Program-made: the position numbers and the translations under genes
Part shown: in pieces, positions 19,545 to 28,840 of the stretch
Layout: each line of letters begins with the position of its first letter
How positions within the stretch are numbered: position 1 is the first letter of the stretch
Notes under the pieces: generated by a model
Told to the model about the DNA's origin: nothing
Databases searched by the model: none
Seen by the model: the letters and a program-made list of their open reading frames with translations, nothing else
Assembly (NCBI GenBank): GCA_041661865.1
Contig: JBAZTO010000016.1
Location: 2,201 to 66,200 of the forward strand
Reading direction: 5' to 3'
DNA length: 64,000 nt
Origin: Phycisphaerae bacterium
GTDB lineage: Bacteria; Planctomycetota; Phycisphaerae; SM23-33

Positions 19545-20615
19545 ATGAGCAAGAACACCATGCAAGGGATCCCGTGGCAGATCGGCAGGATAATCCTGGC
19601 CGTGGCCCTTCCCGCGCTGGCCCTGGGCGGGTGCGGGACCTATCGGGGCATCCCCTCGCACGGCGGCGGAAAGAGGTTCGACGAGGAACAGCGAATCGTC
19701 GCCAATTCCGTCCGCAAGGCCCTGGCCGACATGGACCTGAAGGAACTCAAGGGCAAGAGGGTCCAGATCGTGCTGGAGAGCATCGCCGCCGATGGCGGGG
19801 GTACCATCATCTGGCCGGGCTTGCAGAGCTTCAGCCTCGGCGGCAGCGTCGGGCGTAACCTCTACAATAATACACCGTTTAGCATGTCTAGAAACCCCGA
19901 TCCCAACGTAGTGGCGACTTTCACCCCGCTGCAAGAGGACAGTACCACCTTCAGCGGCACCGGGAGCATGAATGTCCAGGTCAAACCTACCTATTCCCCC
20001 AGCGTCTTTTCCACCCAGGGCGACCTGAGCTATCTGCGGGCCTGCCTGGAGATGAAAGTCCGGCACGAGGAGATCGTCCCGGCCGCCGACCGCATCGAGG
20101 CCGTGCTGTTTGTGCTGGTGGACGTGATGGGCACCAACCGCAGCCAGACCCAAAAGGGCTTCATGGAGTCCGACGATTACGAGGCCTCCTGCGAGATGAC
20201 CTACTACGCGGTGGACCCGGCCACCGACAAGATTCTGCTGCGCCAGCGGCAGGTCAGTGCCGTCTCAAATTACACCGAGACGCGATCCTTGTCAGGACTG
20301 GAGATTGATCGCCAGACCCAGGCCACCACGCCGATGATCCTGCCGACAGATCCGACCACCAGGCCGGCGAGCATGCCCGCCACGGCGCCGGCGGCAGCGA
20401 CCGAGCCCCCGCCTGCGGCCCCGCCGGTGACGGTGTTCAACGTGGCAATGACCCAAATCCCCGCCAGCCAGCCGACTACCGCCCCGACCACCGCACCGGC
20501 CAGTCCAGAGAGCCAGCCGACCACCGCGCCAACCAGTGCGCCGGCCACCATGGCCAGCCAACCGGTGACAACTCTGCCGGCGACGGCGACCAGTACTCTG
20601 TCAGGCATGGATTGA
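19545..20615 (+). CDS. MafA-like lipoprotein with Pro/Thr/Ala-rich C-terminal tail
   Basis: Lipobox LGGC followed by GTYRGIPSHGGGKRFDEEQRIV...ADMDLKELKGKRV, closely matching the Neisseria MafA N-terminus as I recall it (CGTLTGIPSHGGGKRF..EQ.LV...DMDL..L.GRKV). Also VDVMGTNRS and YYAVD...KILL (MafA IDVFGTIR, YFAVD...KLLI). Confidence 0.8.
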   Translation: MSKNTMQGIPWQIGRIILAVALPALALGGCGTYRGIPSHGGGKRFDEEQRIVANSVRKALADMDLKELKGKRVQIVLESIAADGGGTIIWPGLQSFSLGGSVGRNLYNNTPFSMSRNPDPNVVATFTPLQEDSTTFSGTGSMNVQVKPTYSPSVFSTQGDLSYLRACLEMKVRHEEIVPAADRIEAVLFVLVDVMGTNRSQTQKGFMESDDYEASCEMTYYAVDPATDKILLRQRQVSAVSNYTETRSLSGLEIDRQTQATTPMILPTDPTTRPASMPATAPAAATEPPPAAPPVTVFNVAMTQIPASQPTTAPTTAPASPESQPTTAPTSAPATMASQPVTTLPATATSTLSGMD

Positions 20616-20616
20616 T

Positions 20617-20672
20617 GGGTGGCACAGGCTTTCGAGCCTGTGCATGCATGTGCTTGGAAAGGCTGTGCCACC
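20617..20672. repeat. REP-like doublet (GGTGGCACAGGC...GCTGTGCCACC)
   Basis: Inverted arms GGTGGCACAG/CTGTGCCACC with an internal CAGGCTTTCGAGCCTG hairpin, immediately after the MafA-like stop codon. Confidence 0.8.
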
Positions 20673-20824
20673 GGAGGGCACGTCCATCAGTTGACGGCTG
20701 GCAGACCGCCAGCCCCGCTACGGCCAAGGCGATTTAACCCTCGCGGCAGTTCCGCCACAATGTCCTTGCCCAAACCGCGTTACGGTCGCGGCTTGGGCGG
20801 TCGATACGTGGCCCACGCCAGCGC

Positions 20825-20859
20825 AAAGAAAAAGGCCAAGGGCTTGTTTGCCTTTGGCC
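20825..20859 (-). terminator. Intrinsic terminator downstream of tRNA-Asn
   Basis: Minus strand GGCCAAAGGC-AAACAA-GCCCTTGGCC followed by TTTTTCTTT. Confidence 0.75.
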
Positions 20860-20863
20860 CGAT

Positions 20864-20935
20864 CTCCCCGATTAGGATTTGAACCTAAAACCTGCCGGTT
20901 AACAGCCGGCCGCTCTACCGTTGAGCTATCGGGGA
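20864..20935 (-). tRNA. tRNA-Asn(GTT)
   Basis: TCCCCGA TAGCTCAACGGTAGAGC G GCCGG CTGTTAA CCGGC AGGTT TTAGGTTCAAATCCTAA TCGGGGA G: complete cloverleaf, CCA not encoded. Confidence 0.97.
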
Positions 20936-21026
20936 ATAGCTCGCCACGAAGCGATCAAGCGTTACAGCTTACTTTATCGGCACGCGATGTCAAGGGTTTT
21001 AGAATTTAGAGAGACTGGTATTGACG

Positions 21027-21812
21027 TCAATTCCGGGTCGCGTTTCGGCCGGTGGAAGCACGGGTGACACTCGGCGGCATGCCGGTGTGATGACGAAAGA
21101 CGCGACTGAAATGATACTCGTCGGCAAAGCCCACCTGCCGGGCGATTGCCTTCATCGGCAGCGGCGTCCTCAGCAGCGTCCGGGCCACACCCACTCGCAG
21201 GGCGGTGACGAATCGCATGGGGCTCTGTCCCGAGGCCTGGCGGAAGAGGCGGGCAAAGTGGAACTTGCTCAGTCCAATGACGGAAGCAAGATCGTCCAAG
21301 GTTATCCGCTCGGCGAGATGGGCCCGAACGTGCCTCCGGACCGCCTGGACCATCTGGCTCTCGGCCGGTTCGGTAGCGCGGCGAAACTCCAGGATCACCA
21401 TCTTGCCCAAGGCCTGCAGCATGTCCTTCTCGACGGGGTGTCGTGCGGGGAAAAGGTCCAGCATCCATCGCAGAGACCATTCAATGCGTCCCAGAGGGTC
21501 GTTGGCGCGTAAGGGCCAGGGCTGCTGCGGGTGCAGACCGGTGGACGGGAGATGCCTGAAGCCGAAATAGAGCGTTTCAAGTGGTTCGGGACCATCGGCA
21601 TGCTCTTGGTGGACCTCCATGCAGGGATACAACAACACCTGACTCTTGGAGGCTGTCAGTTCCTGCCCGGCTATACGTGTCACCAGGCGCCCACCGACGA
21701 CCAGAATCATCTCGTGGATGTCCCGGTGGGCGTGAGGTCGCATTTCCCAGTCTCGCTGTGGACCGACTCGCCCGCAGACCAGCACGGCGGGACGGAAGGT
21801 GTCTTTTGGCAT
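21027..21812 (-). CDS. AraC family transcriptional regulator (cupin + double HTH)
   Basis: PHAHRDIHEMILV cupin; ITLDDLASVIGLSKFHFARLFR; IARQVGFADEYHFSRVFR..TGMPPS; divergent from the sugar operon. Confidence 0.93.
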   Translation of the reverse strand: MPKDTFRPAVLVCGRVGPQRDWEMRPHAHRDIHEMILVVGGRLVTRIAGQELTASKSQVLLYPCMEVHQEHADGPEPLETLYFGFRHLPSTGLHPQQPWPLRANDPLGRIEWSLRWMLDLFPARHPVEKDMLQALGKMVILEFRRATEPAESQMVQAVRRHVRAHLAERITLDDLASVIGLSKFHFARLFRQASGQSPMRFVTALRVGVARTLLRTPLPMKAIARQVGFADEYHFSRVFRHHTGMPPSVTRASTGRNATRN

Positions 21813-21984
21813 AGCAAGATTAGATAAGGATTCCGCAAGAAAAGCAATCCAATTGTTCGGGCCGGCAGGTTCTGATGAAGCCTGAGGCAAGGGTGTGGCA
21901 GCGGAATGGACAAATGCCCGCAGGGCCGGCCGGACGCGCCAGGGTCCGACCGAGTGTTAACAGTCATAAGGAGCGGGTAGATTT

Positions 21985-23037
21985 ATGAGCAAGATCAGGA
22001 TCGGTTTTGTCGGTGTGGGGGCAATGGGCCAGATGGCTCACCTCCGCAATTACGTCAACATCGACGACTGCCAGGTCGTCGCCCTGGCTGAGCTGAGACA
22101 AGAGACGGCCAGGCTTGTCGCAGCCCGGTACGGAGTCCCCAAGGTGTACGCGGACCATCGGGAAATGCTCGCGGTTGAGAAGCTGGACGGCATCGTGGCC
22201 AGTCAGCCGTTTCCGCGGCACGCCGTGCTGTTGCCGGAACTCTACAAGGCGGTGAAGTTCCTCTTTACCGAAAAGCCTGTGGCGGTGGGCGTTTCGGCCG
22301 GGGAGATGCTGGCCCAGCAGGCTGCCGCAGCCGGCTGTACGCACATGGTCGGGTATCACAAGCGTTCGGACCCAGCCACCGCGTACGCCAAGGGTGTCAT
22401 AGACCGGTGGCGATCGACACACGAAATGGGGGCGATGAAGTACGTTCGCATTCTCATGCCCGCCGGTGACTGGACCGCCAACGGATTTGCAGGCCTGCTT
22501 AACGCCGGCGACCCGTCGCCGACTCTGGAAACCGAACCCGCCGCGGCGGACATGGATGCCGCCACCGCGGCGCAGTACGTCAGCTTCGTCAATTACTACA
22601 TCCATCAGGTCAACCTGATGCGGCACCTGTTGGGCGAAACCTACCGCGTGACCTACGCTGAAAAAAGCGGTGTGCTGCTGGCGGTGGAGAGCAAGTCCGG
22701 CGTTGCGGGCGTCATCGAGATGACGCCTTACCAGACCACGGTCGCCTGGGAGGAGTCGGCGCTGGTCGCCTTCGAGAAGGGCTACGTCAAACTCTCGCTG
22801 CCGGCCCCGCTGACCAGGAACCGTTGCGGGAAGGTAGAAGTGTACGAGGACCGCGGTGAAGGCGCCACGCCGACCCGCACGCAGCCGACGTTGCCCTGGA
22901 TTGACGCCATGGCCCAGCAGGCTGCCAATTTCGTGAAGGTCTGCAGGGGCCAGATGTCTCCACCGTGCGCCGCCGCGGAGGCCGTGGAGGACCTGAAGAT
23001 CGCCCGCGACTATATCCGCATGCGGCTGGGAGATTAA
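21985..23037 (+). CDS. Gfo/Idh/MocA family NAD(P)-dependent oxidoreductase
   Basis: IRIGFVGVGAMG Rossmann fold, FTEKP, HMVGYHKR. Confidence 0.9.
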   Translation: MSKIRIGFVGVGAMGQMAHLRNYVNIDDCQVVALAELRQETARLVAARYGVPKVYADHREMLAVEKLDGIVASQPFPRHAVLLPELYKAVKFLFTEKPVAVGVSAGEMLAQQAAAAGCTHMVGYHKRSDPATAYAKGVIDRWRSTHEMGAMKYVRILMPAGDWTANGFAGLLNAGDPSPTLETEPAAADMDAATAAQYVSFVNYYIHQVNLMRHLLGETYRVTYAEKSGVLLAVESKSGVAGVIEMTPYQTTVAWEESALVAFEKGYVKLSLPAPLTRNRCGKVEVYEDRGEGATPTRTQPTLPWIDAMAQQAANFVKVCRGQMSPPCAAAEAVEDLKIARDYIRMRLGD

Positions 23038-23072
23038 CCCGCCCAACCTGACGCCAGACGAAGGAGATAACC

Positions 23073-24176
23073 ATGCCTCCCTTACGATTCCAGAAGATCC
23101 TGATATCCGACGAGCGTTACGAATCCGCCGCCATTTTCGATGTCAACAACGACGGTATCCCCGACATCGTCAGCGGCGCCTATTGGTATCCGGGGCCGAA
23201 GTTCGACCGCAAGTGCAAGGTCGGCGAGGTCAAGGCCATCGGGGAGTACTTCGACGATTTTTCCAATATCCCGATAGACATCAACGGCGACGGGTACCTG
23301 GACTTTGTCACCGGTGGCTGGTGGAGCGACGCCCTCCACTGGCGGGAGAATCCCCAGGGCGACCCGTCGAAGCCCTGGCTGGAGCATGCGATTGCCAAGG
23401 TCGGCAACATCGAGACCACCCGCGCCTGGGACATCGACGGCGACGGGCGGCTGGAGGTCGTGCCCAATACGCCGGGCGGCCCGCAGAGAGTCTTCAAACT
23501 TGTCACGGATTCAGCCGGCAAGGGCACGGGACAATTCAAGGAGTTTGTCATCTATGACGCCCAGAGCGGTCATGGCCTGGGCTTTGGCGATGTCAATGGC
23601 GACGGCCGGGGCGATATCATCCTGACCAAGGGGTGGCTGGAGCAGCCGGCGACGGGACTGGAGGGGAAGTGGACTTTCCACCCGGAGTTCGACCTCGGAT
23701 CGGCCAGCGTGCCCATTCTGGTCGTGGATGTCAACGGCGACGGTCTGAACGACCTGATTGTCGGCCAAGCGCATGGATACGGTCTGGACTGGTGGGAGCA
23801 GCGTCGGGACGGTGGCAAGCGAACGTGGATCAAGCACCCCATCGACCCGTTCAACAGCCAATACCACGACCTGATCTGGGCGGACATCGACGGTGACGGT
23901 CAGTGCGAGTTGATCACCGGCAAGCGTTATCGCGCCCATTGCGGCCACGATCCCGGCGAATACGACCCGGTCGGACTGTATTATTTCAAGTGGACCGGCG
24001 AAGGCTTCGCCAAACAGGTCATTGACTTTGGCCCGCTGCGCGTGGGCAAGGGGTGCGGCATCCACTTTGCGGTGGCCGACCTGCAGGGCTGCGGGCGATT
24101 GGATATCGTCGCTCCAGGCAAGGATGGGCTGTACTTGTTCAGGAACCTTGGATATGCGGAGAACATGGGCGAGTGA
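23073..24176 (+). CDS. FG-GAP/VCBS repeat beta-propeller protein (no signal peptide)
   Basis: Repeated DVNNDGIPDIV, DINGDGYLDFV, DIDGDGRLEVV, DVNGDGRGDII, DVNGDGLNDLI, DIDGDGQCELI. Confidence 0.88.
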   Translation: MPPLRFQKILISDERYESAAIFDVNNDGIPDIVSGAYWYPGPKFDRKCKVGEVKAIGEYFDDFSNIPIDINGDGYLDFVTGGWWSDALHWRENPQGDPSKPWLEHAIAKVGNIETTRAWDIDGDGRLEVVPNTPGGPQRVFKLVTDSAGKGTGQFKEFVIYDAQSGHGLGFGDVNGDGRGDIILTKGWLEQPATGLEGKWTFHPEFDLGSASVPILVVDVNGDGLNDLIVGQAHGYGLDWWEQRRDGGKRTWIKHPIDPFNSQYHDLIWADIDGDGQCELITGKRYRAHCGHDPGEYDPVGLYYFKWTGEGFAKQVIDFGPLRVGKGCGIHFAVADLQGCGRLDIVAPGKDGLYLFRNLGYAENMGE

Positions 24177-24217
24177 GGCACAGGCCTTGATGCCGAAACG
24201 GCTTGCTTAAGGAGTCA

Positions 24218-25654
24218 ATGATGCCCCGGAAAATTGCAATGATTGGCGCCGGCAGTGTGGTTTTCTGCAAGACTCTCATGAGCGACATTCTGGCGACGCC
24301 CGCGCTGGCCGACAGTGAGATCGCCCTCATGAGCCCGACGGAGACCAAACTCCGGCGTATGGAAGCGTTCGCCAGGCGGATGACCAGGGACAACGGCCTG
24401 CCCGCGAAAGTCTGGGCGACCACCCACCGTACCGAGGCAATCAAGGACGCTGATTTTGTCGTGGTGATGATCCAGGTCGGCGGGATCGAGGCCTTCGGCA
24501 TCGATTACGAGATTCCGCGGAAGTACGGGGTGAACCAGTGCATCGGCGACTCCCTGGGCCCTGGCGGGGCGTTCCGCGGCCTGCGCAGCGTGCCGGTCCT
24601 GATCGACATTGCCCGCGACATGGAACGGTCGGCCAAGCCTGGGGCGATCATGCTTCAGTACGCCAACCCGATGGCCGGCAACTGCCTGGCACTGGGCAAG
24701 GCCACCAACGTCGCGTTCACCGGGCTCTGTCACGGCGTGCAGACCACGCTGGACCTGATCGCGGGGTATTGCGGTGTGCCCAAGGCGGAGATCACCTACA
24801 CCTGCGGCGGCATCAACCACATGGACTGGTTCCTCACGCTGGAGCACAAGGGACGCGACCTGTATCCCGCTCTCCGCGAGGTCTTCGAGAAGCCGGAGTA
24901 CTACAAGAACGAAAAAGTGCGCGGCGAGGTCTTCCGCCATTTCGGCTTCTTCATGACCGAGTCGACCGGCCACCTGAGCGAATACGTGCCGTGGTTCCGC
25001 AAGAACAAGAAGGCCCTGGACCTCTATTGCGACGAGCCCGGCTTCGGTGGCCAGAGCGGGGCCTACTACACGTACTGCAAAGCCCTGGCCGCCAAGTATG
25101 CCAAGCACGACCCCTTGGAGTATGAAGGCTCCCGGATCACCGAACGAAGCGCGGAATACTGCTCGTACATCATGGAGGCTGTTGTCACGGGCAAGCCATT
25201 CCGGTTCATGGGGAATGTCCGGAATGATGGATACATCGATAACCTGCCCGATGGCTGCTGCGTGGAAGTTCCCACCTTTGCCGATGACAGCGGCCTGCAT
25301 CCCACGCGGGTGGGCGTCTTGCCGCCTCAGTGCGCCGCGGCCTGCATGACCAATGTCAACGTCCAGATACTGTCGGGGCAGGCTGCTCTCCACGGTGACA
25401 CCGAGGCTATCGTCCACGCGCTGGCCCTGGACCCCCTGACGGCGGCGGTGCTGACCCTGAAGGAGATCCGCGACATGGCCGGCGAGATGCTGGAGGCCCA
25501 GCGGAAATGGCTGCCGCAGTTTGAGGGCAAGAAGATCGCGCCCCGGCCGACCATTATCATACCCAGGGATTGCGTGCCCGTGGATGTTCCATTAGACCCA
25601 GCCTTGGCCATCAACAAGCGATTCGGTACACTCATCAGCCAGAAAACGGACTGA
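24218..25654 (+). CDS. Glycoside hydrolase family 4 (alpha-galactosidase/alpha-glucosidase, MelA-like)
   Basis: KIAMIGAGS, DYEIPRKYGV.QCIGDSLGPGG, QYANPM, GLCHGV, CGGINHMDW, TESTGHLSEY. Confidence 0.93.
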   Translation: MMPRKIAMIGAGSVVFCKTLMSDILATPALADSEIALMSPTETKLRRMEAFARRMTRDNGLPAKVWATTHRTEAIKDADFVVVMIQVGGIEAFGIDYEIPRKYGVNQCIGDSLGPGGAFRGLRSVPVLIDIARDMERSAKPGAIMLQYANPMAGNCLALGKATNVAFTGLCHGVQTTLDLIAGYCGVPKAEITYTCGGINHMDWFLTLEHKGRDLYPALREVFEKPEYYKNEKVRGEVFRHFGFFMTESTGHLSEYVPWFRKNKKALDLYCDEPGFGGQSGAYYTYCKALAAKYAKHDPLEYEGSRITERSAEYCSYIMEAVVTGKPFRFMGNVRNDGYIDNLPDGCCVEVPTFADDSGLHPTRVGVLPPQCAAACMTNVNVQILSGQAALHGDTEAIVHALALDPLTAAVLTLKEIRDMAGEMLEAQRKWLPQFEGKKIAPRPTIIIPRDCVPVDVPLDPALAINKRFGTLISQKTD

Positions 25655-25706
25655 TCGACGGCGGGAGGGATGCTCTAAGCCCGCGGGGCAGAAATGAGGC
25701 GACAAA

Positions 25707-26702
25707 GTGCGTGCAAACACTGACTGGTTCCGCGACGCCAAGTGGGGCGTGTTCTTTCATTACCTGGCCGACGTCGCCAGCGCCACCACCGCGGTGGACA
25801 TCAGCGTCGATCAGTGGAACCGGAGGATCGATGCGTTCGACGTCGAGGGGCTGGCCCAGCAATTGACCGAGGTTCGCGCCGGCTACTTCTTCATCACGCT
25901 GGGCCAAAACTCCGGGTTCCTCCTCTCTCCCAATGAAACCTATGACTCGCTGGTGAAACGCTCCCCCAGCCATTGCAGCCGCCGCGACCTGGTGGCCGAT
26001 CTGGTCAAGGCCCTGGCGCCCCGGGGCATTCCCGTGATGGTATACCTGCCCTGCCACGCCCCGGCGCTGGACCGCCAGGCGGTTGAAGGTCTGGCCTGCA
26101 CTCCGGACTGGGATGCATCCTGCTGGCAGCTCAGGCCCGGGAATTATCTGCGAGCGCAGCCGGTCGACGCACGGTTGACGGAGTTTCAACGTCATTGGGA
26201 AGCCGTCATCCGCGAATGGTCGCTGCGGTGGGGCAGCGGTGTACGCGGCTGGTGGTTTGACGGCTGCTACAAGGCCGACCGGATGTATCGCCATCCCGAT
26301 GAGCCCAACTTTGCCAGCTTCGCCGCGGCGGCCAAGGCAGGCAACGGCCAAAGCCTGGTGGCCTTCAACGATGGCGTGAATACGCCGGTGACCTGCCTGA
26401 CTGAGTACGAGGACTATACCGCCGGCGAACTCAGCCATGCGTTCCCAGCCACCTTGCGCGCCTCATACACTCCGCCCCTGACGCGCTTCATCGGCGGCGC
26501 GCAATACCATGTCCTGAGTTTCCTGGGGGACTGGTGGGGGCAGGGCAATCCTCGGTTCTGCGAGGAGTTCGTGGTGGGCTTCACGAAGAACATCAACGCC
26601 TTCGAGGGTGTGGTGACCTGGGATGTCCCGCCCACACCCACGGGGCGGATTCCCGATGATTTCATCCGGCAGCTTGCGGCGTTGCGGAAGGTCACGCGTT
26701 GA
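25707..26702 (+). CDS. GH29-like alpha-L-fucosidase (cytoplasmic, short)
   Basis: WFRDAKWGVFFHY, FD...A...AGY..IT, RDLVADLVKA, WWFDG nucleophile region; no signal peptide. Confidence 0.7.
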   Translation: MRANTDWFRDAKWGVFFHYLADVASATTAVDISVDQWNRRIDAFDVEGLAQQLTEVRAGYFFITLGQNSGFLLSPNETYDSLVKRSPSHCSRRDLVADLVKALAPRGIPVMVYLPCHAPALDRQAVEGLACTPDWDASCWQLRPGNYLRAQPVDARLTEFQRHWEAVIREWSLRWGSGVRGWWFDGCYKADRMYRHPDEPNFASFAAAAKAGNGQSLVAFNDGVNTPVTCLTEYEDYTAGELSHAFPATLRASYTPPLTRFIGGAQYHVLSFLGDWWGQGNPRFCEEFVVGFTKNINAFEGVVTWDVPPTPTGRIPDDFIRQLAALRKVTR

Positions 26703-26774
26703 CACTCCGGCGGGCGAGATTCCGCGGGGGCCCAGTGTGACCGAGATGGGATCATCACCAACCGGGATGACGAC

Positions 26775-28817
26775 ATGTCCGTCCGAGCGATAGTTCTGGG
26801 TGTGCTGGTGGCGGTGGCCATAGCCGCCGGCGGCTACATCAATGACCAGATCTTTCGGCTCAACCAGGTGGTTGGCAGCCATTTCCCGATTATTGTCTTC
26901 GGGCCCCTGATCGGTCTGGCGCTGCTGGTGAACCCTCTGCTGGCCAGGCTTGGCCACGGTTGGAAGTTTCGGCCCGCCGAGTTGGCCATGATCGTCACGC
27001 TTGCCTTTGCCGGCTGCGCCATCCCGGGCAGCGGACTGATGCGGTTTTTCTCCCGCACGCTGGGCGTTCCGATTGTGTTCGCACATAACGAGACGGGCTG
27101 GCGGAAGTGGGAAGTGATGAGCTACGTGCCCCCGCAGATGCTGCCCGGTTCGGGCGGCTATGACGAGCGCGTAGCCAACGGGTTCATGTATGGGCTGGGA
27201 GACCCCGATCACCCTATCGGCATCGGGGCCGTTCCCTGGGCCCAATGGCAGGGTCCGCTGGTAACATGGATGCCGATCGTCGCACTGCTCGCCATTGCCT
27301 CCATCTGCCTTTCCCTGGTGGTCCATCGGCAATGGGTACACCACGAGCGGCTGCGTTATCCGGTGGTGGATTTCATGGAATCCCTGCTGGGCTCGACCGG
27401 CGGGCAGCCCCACACTTCCATCATCCGCAACAAGTTGTTCTGGGCGGGACTGGCCTTGATGATGTGCCTTCATCTCGTCAACGGCGCCGCGGCCTGGTTC
27501 CCGAACAGTATTTCCATACCGCTATCCTTCGACCTGTGGCCGCTGGTACAGGCATTCCCCGTCCTGGCCGAGCTTCATTGGCGATGGCAGCTTCTGACTC
27601 CCGCGCTGTGGCCTATTGCGGTGGCTTTCGCCTTCTTCCTGGCCTCGGATATCGGGCTGAGCCTGGGAGTCTCGCAGATATTCTATTTCATCGCGTCGGC
27701 GGCATGCTTCAAGGCCGGCCTGCACATCGAGTCCGACACCCTCAGGGGCGGGATCTTCGTCTGGGAGCGTTTGGGCGGCAGCGTGGCCTTTGCATTGATA
27801 CTCATATACGTCGGACGGCGGTATTACTGGCAAGTCGTCAGGCAGTCCCTGGGGGTGGCCCGGCAACAGGAGAAGGTCGAGCCGCACGTGAGGTGGGCTT
27901 TCCGGATCCTCATTGCCAGCATTGCCGGGCTGGTGGCGCTTTTCGTGGCTCATGGCCTGGATTGGACGCTGGCCATCCCCGTCGTGCTGCTGAGTCTGAT
28001 GGTGTTCCTGGTCCTGGCACGTCTCAACGCCGAGGCCGGCTTGATCCTCGTGCAGGTGGATTGGACGCCGATGGCCGCCTTGGTTGGCCTGCTGGGATTG
28101 GGGGCCATCGGTCCGCAGAACTACATGATCGTGGCTTTGCTGATCTGCCTGACGACGCTGGATCCGCGGGAGTGTCTGCTGCCATTCCTGGTCAACGGTT
28201 TCAAGATCGGCGGGGACTATCGGATTCCGCTTGGCAGAATCGGTGTGTCGATGGCCGCGGCGTTCCTGCTGGCCCTTGCAGTGGCCATCCCCGTGGGACT
28301 GTGGGCCGACTATAACTTCGGTGTTGGCTCCGGAGAGCCCTGGGCCACCAACGACGCGCCGCGAATCCCGTTTGACAGTGCGACGCAAATTGTTAACAAC
28401 CTCGCCGTAACCGGGGAACTGGAAAAGTCCGAGCAACTTGGCCCGCTGCAGCGGATCGCGGCCATGGAGCCCGGCAAGACCTTCCTGTGGTCGGCTGGCG
28501 CCGGCGTGGCGCTTGTCTTGCTCTTTAGCATCGCCCGATTGCGATTTGCCTGGTGGCCGCTGCACCCGCTGATCTTTATCATTGGCGGAACGTGGGCAAC
28601 GGCGGAGTTCATGTACTCCTTCCTTTTCGGCTGGCTGGTGAAGACCGCCGTCATGCGGCTTGGCGGGATCGCGGTCTATCGACAGGCGAAAGTCTTCATG
28701 ATCGGAGTGATCGCGGGCGACCTGCTGGGCGGACTGATCTTCATGGTGATCGGCATGGCCTACCGCATCTCCACCGGCATTGTCCCGCCGCTCTACCGCA
28801 TCATGCCGGGGGGCTGA
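26775..28817 (+). CDS. Polytopic membrane protein, DUF6785/DUF6784 (OPT-like putative transporter)
   Basis: Many TM helices; SVRAIVLG, ELAMI, PW..W..PL..W, QWVHHERLRYP, WPLHP, W....FLFGWLVK..V.R.GG...YR....F.IG motifs typical of this family. Confidence 0.75.
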   Translation: MSVRAIVLGVLVAVAIAAGGYINDQIFRLNQVVGSHFPIIVFGPLIGLALLVNPLLARLGHGWKFRPAELAMIVTLAFAGCAIPGSGLMRFFSRTLGVPIVFAHNETGWRKWEVMSYVPPQMLPGSGGYDERVANGFMYGLGDPDHPIGIGAVPWAQWQGPLVTWMPIVALLAIASICLSLVVHRQWVHHERLRYPVVDFMESLLGSTGGQPHTSIIRNKLFWAGLALMMCLHLVNGAAAWFPNSISIPLSFDLWPLVQAFPVLAELHWRWQLLTPALWPIAVAFAFFLASDIGLSLGVSQIFYFIASAACFKAGLHIESDTLRGGIFVWERLGGSVAFALILIYVGRRYYWQVVRQSLGVARQQEKVEPHVRWAFRILIASIAGLVALFVAHGLDWTLAIPVVLLSLMVFLVLARLNAEAGLILVQVDWTPMAALVGLLGLGAIGPQNYMIVALLICLTTLDPRECLLPFLVNGFKIGGDYRIPLGRIGVSMAAAFLLALAVAIPVGLWADYNFGVGSGEPWATNDAPRIPFDSATQIVNNLAVTGELEKSEQLGPLQRIAAMEPGKTFLWSAGAGVALVLLFSIARLRFAWWPLHPLIFIIGGTWATAEFMYSFLFGWLVKTAVMRLGGIAVYRQAKVFMIGVIAGDLLGGLIFMVIGMAYRISTGIVPPLYRIMPGG

Positions 28818-28840
28818 TTTCCTGCGGACGCACCGCAGCC

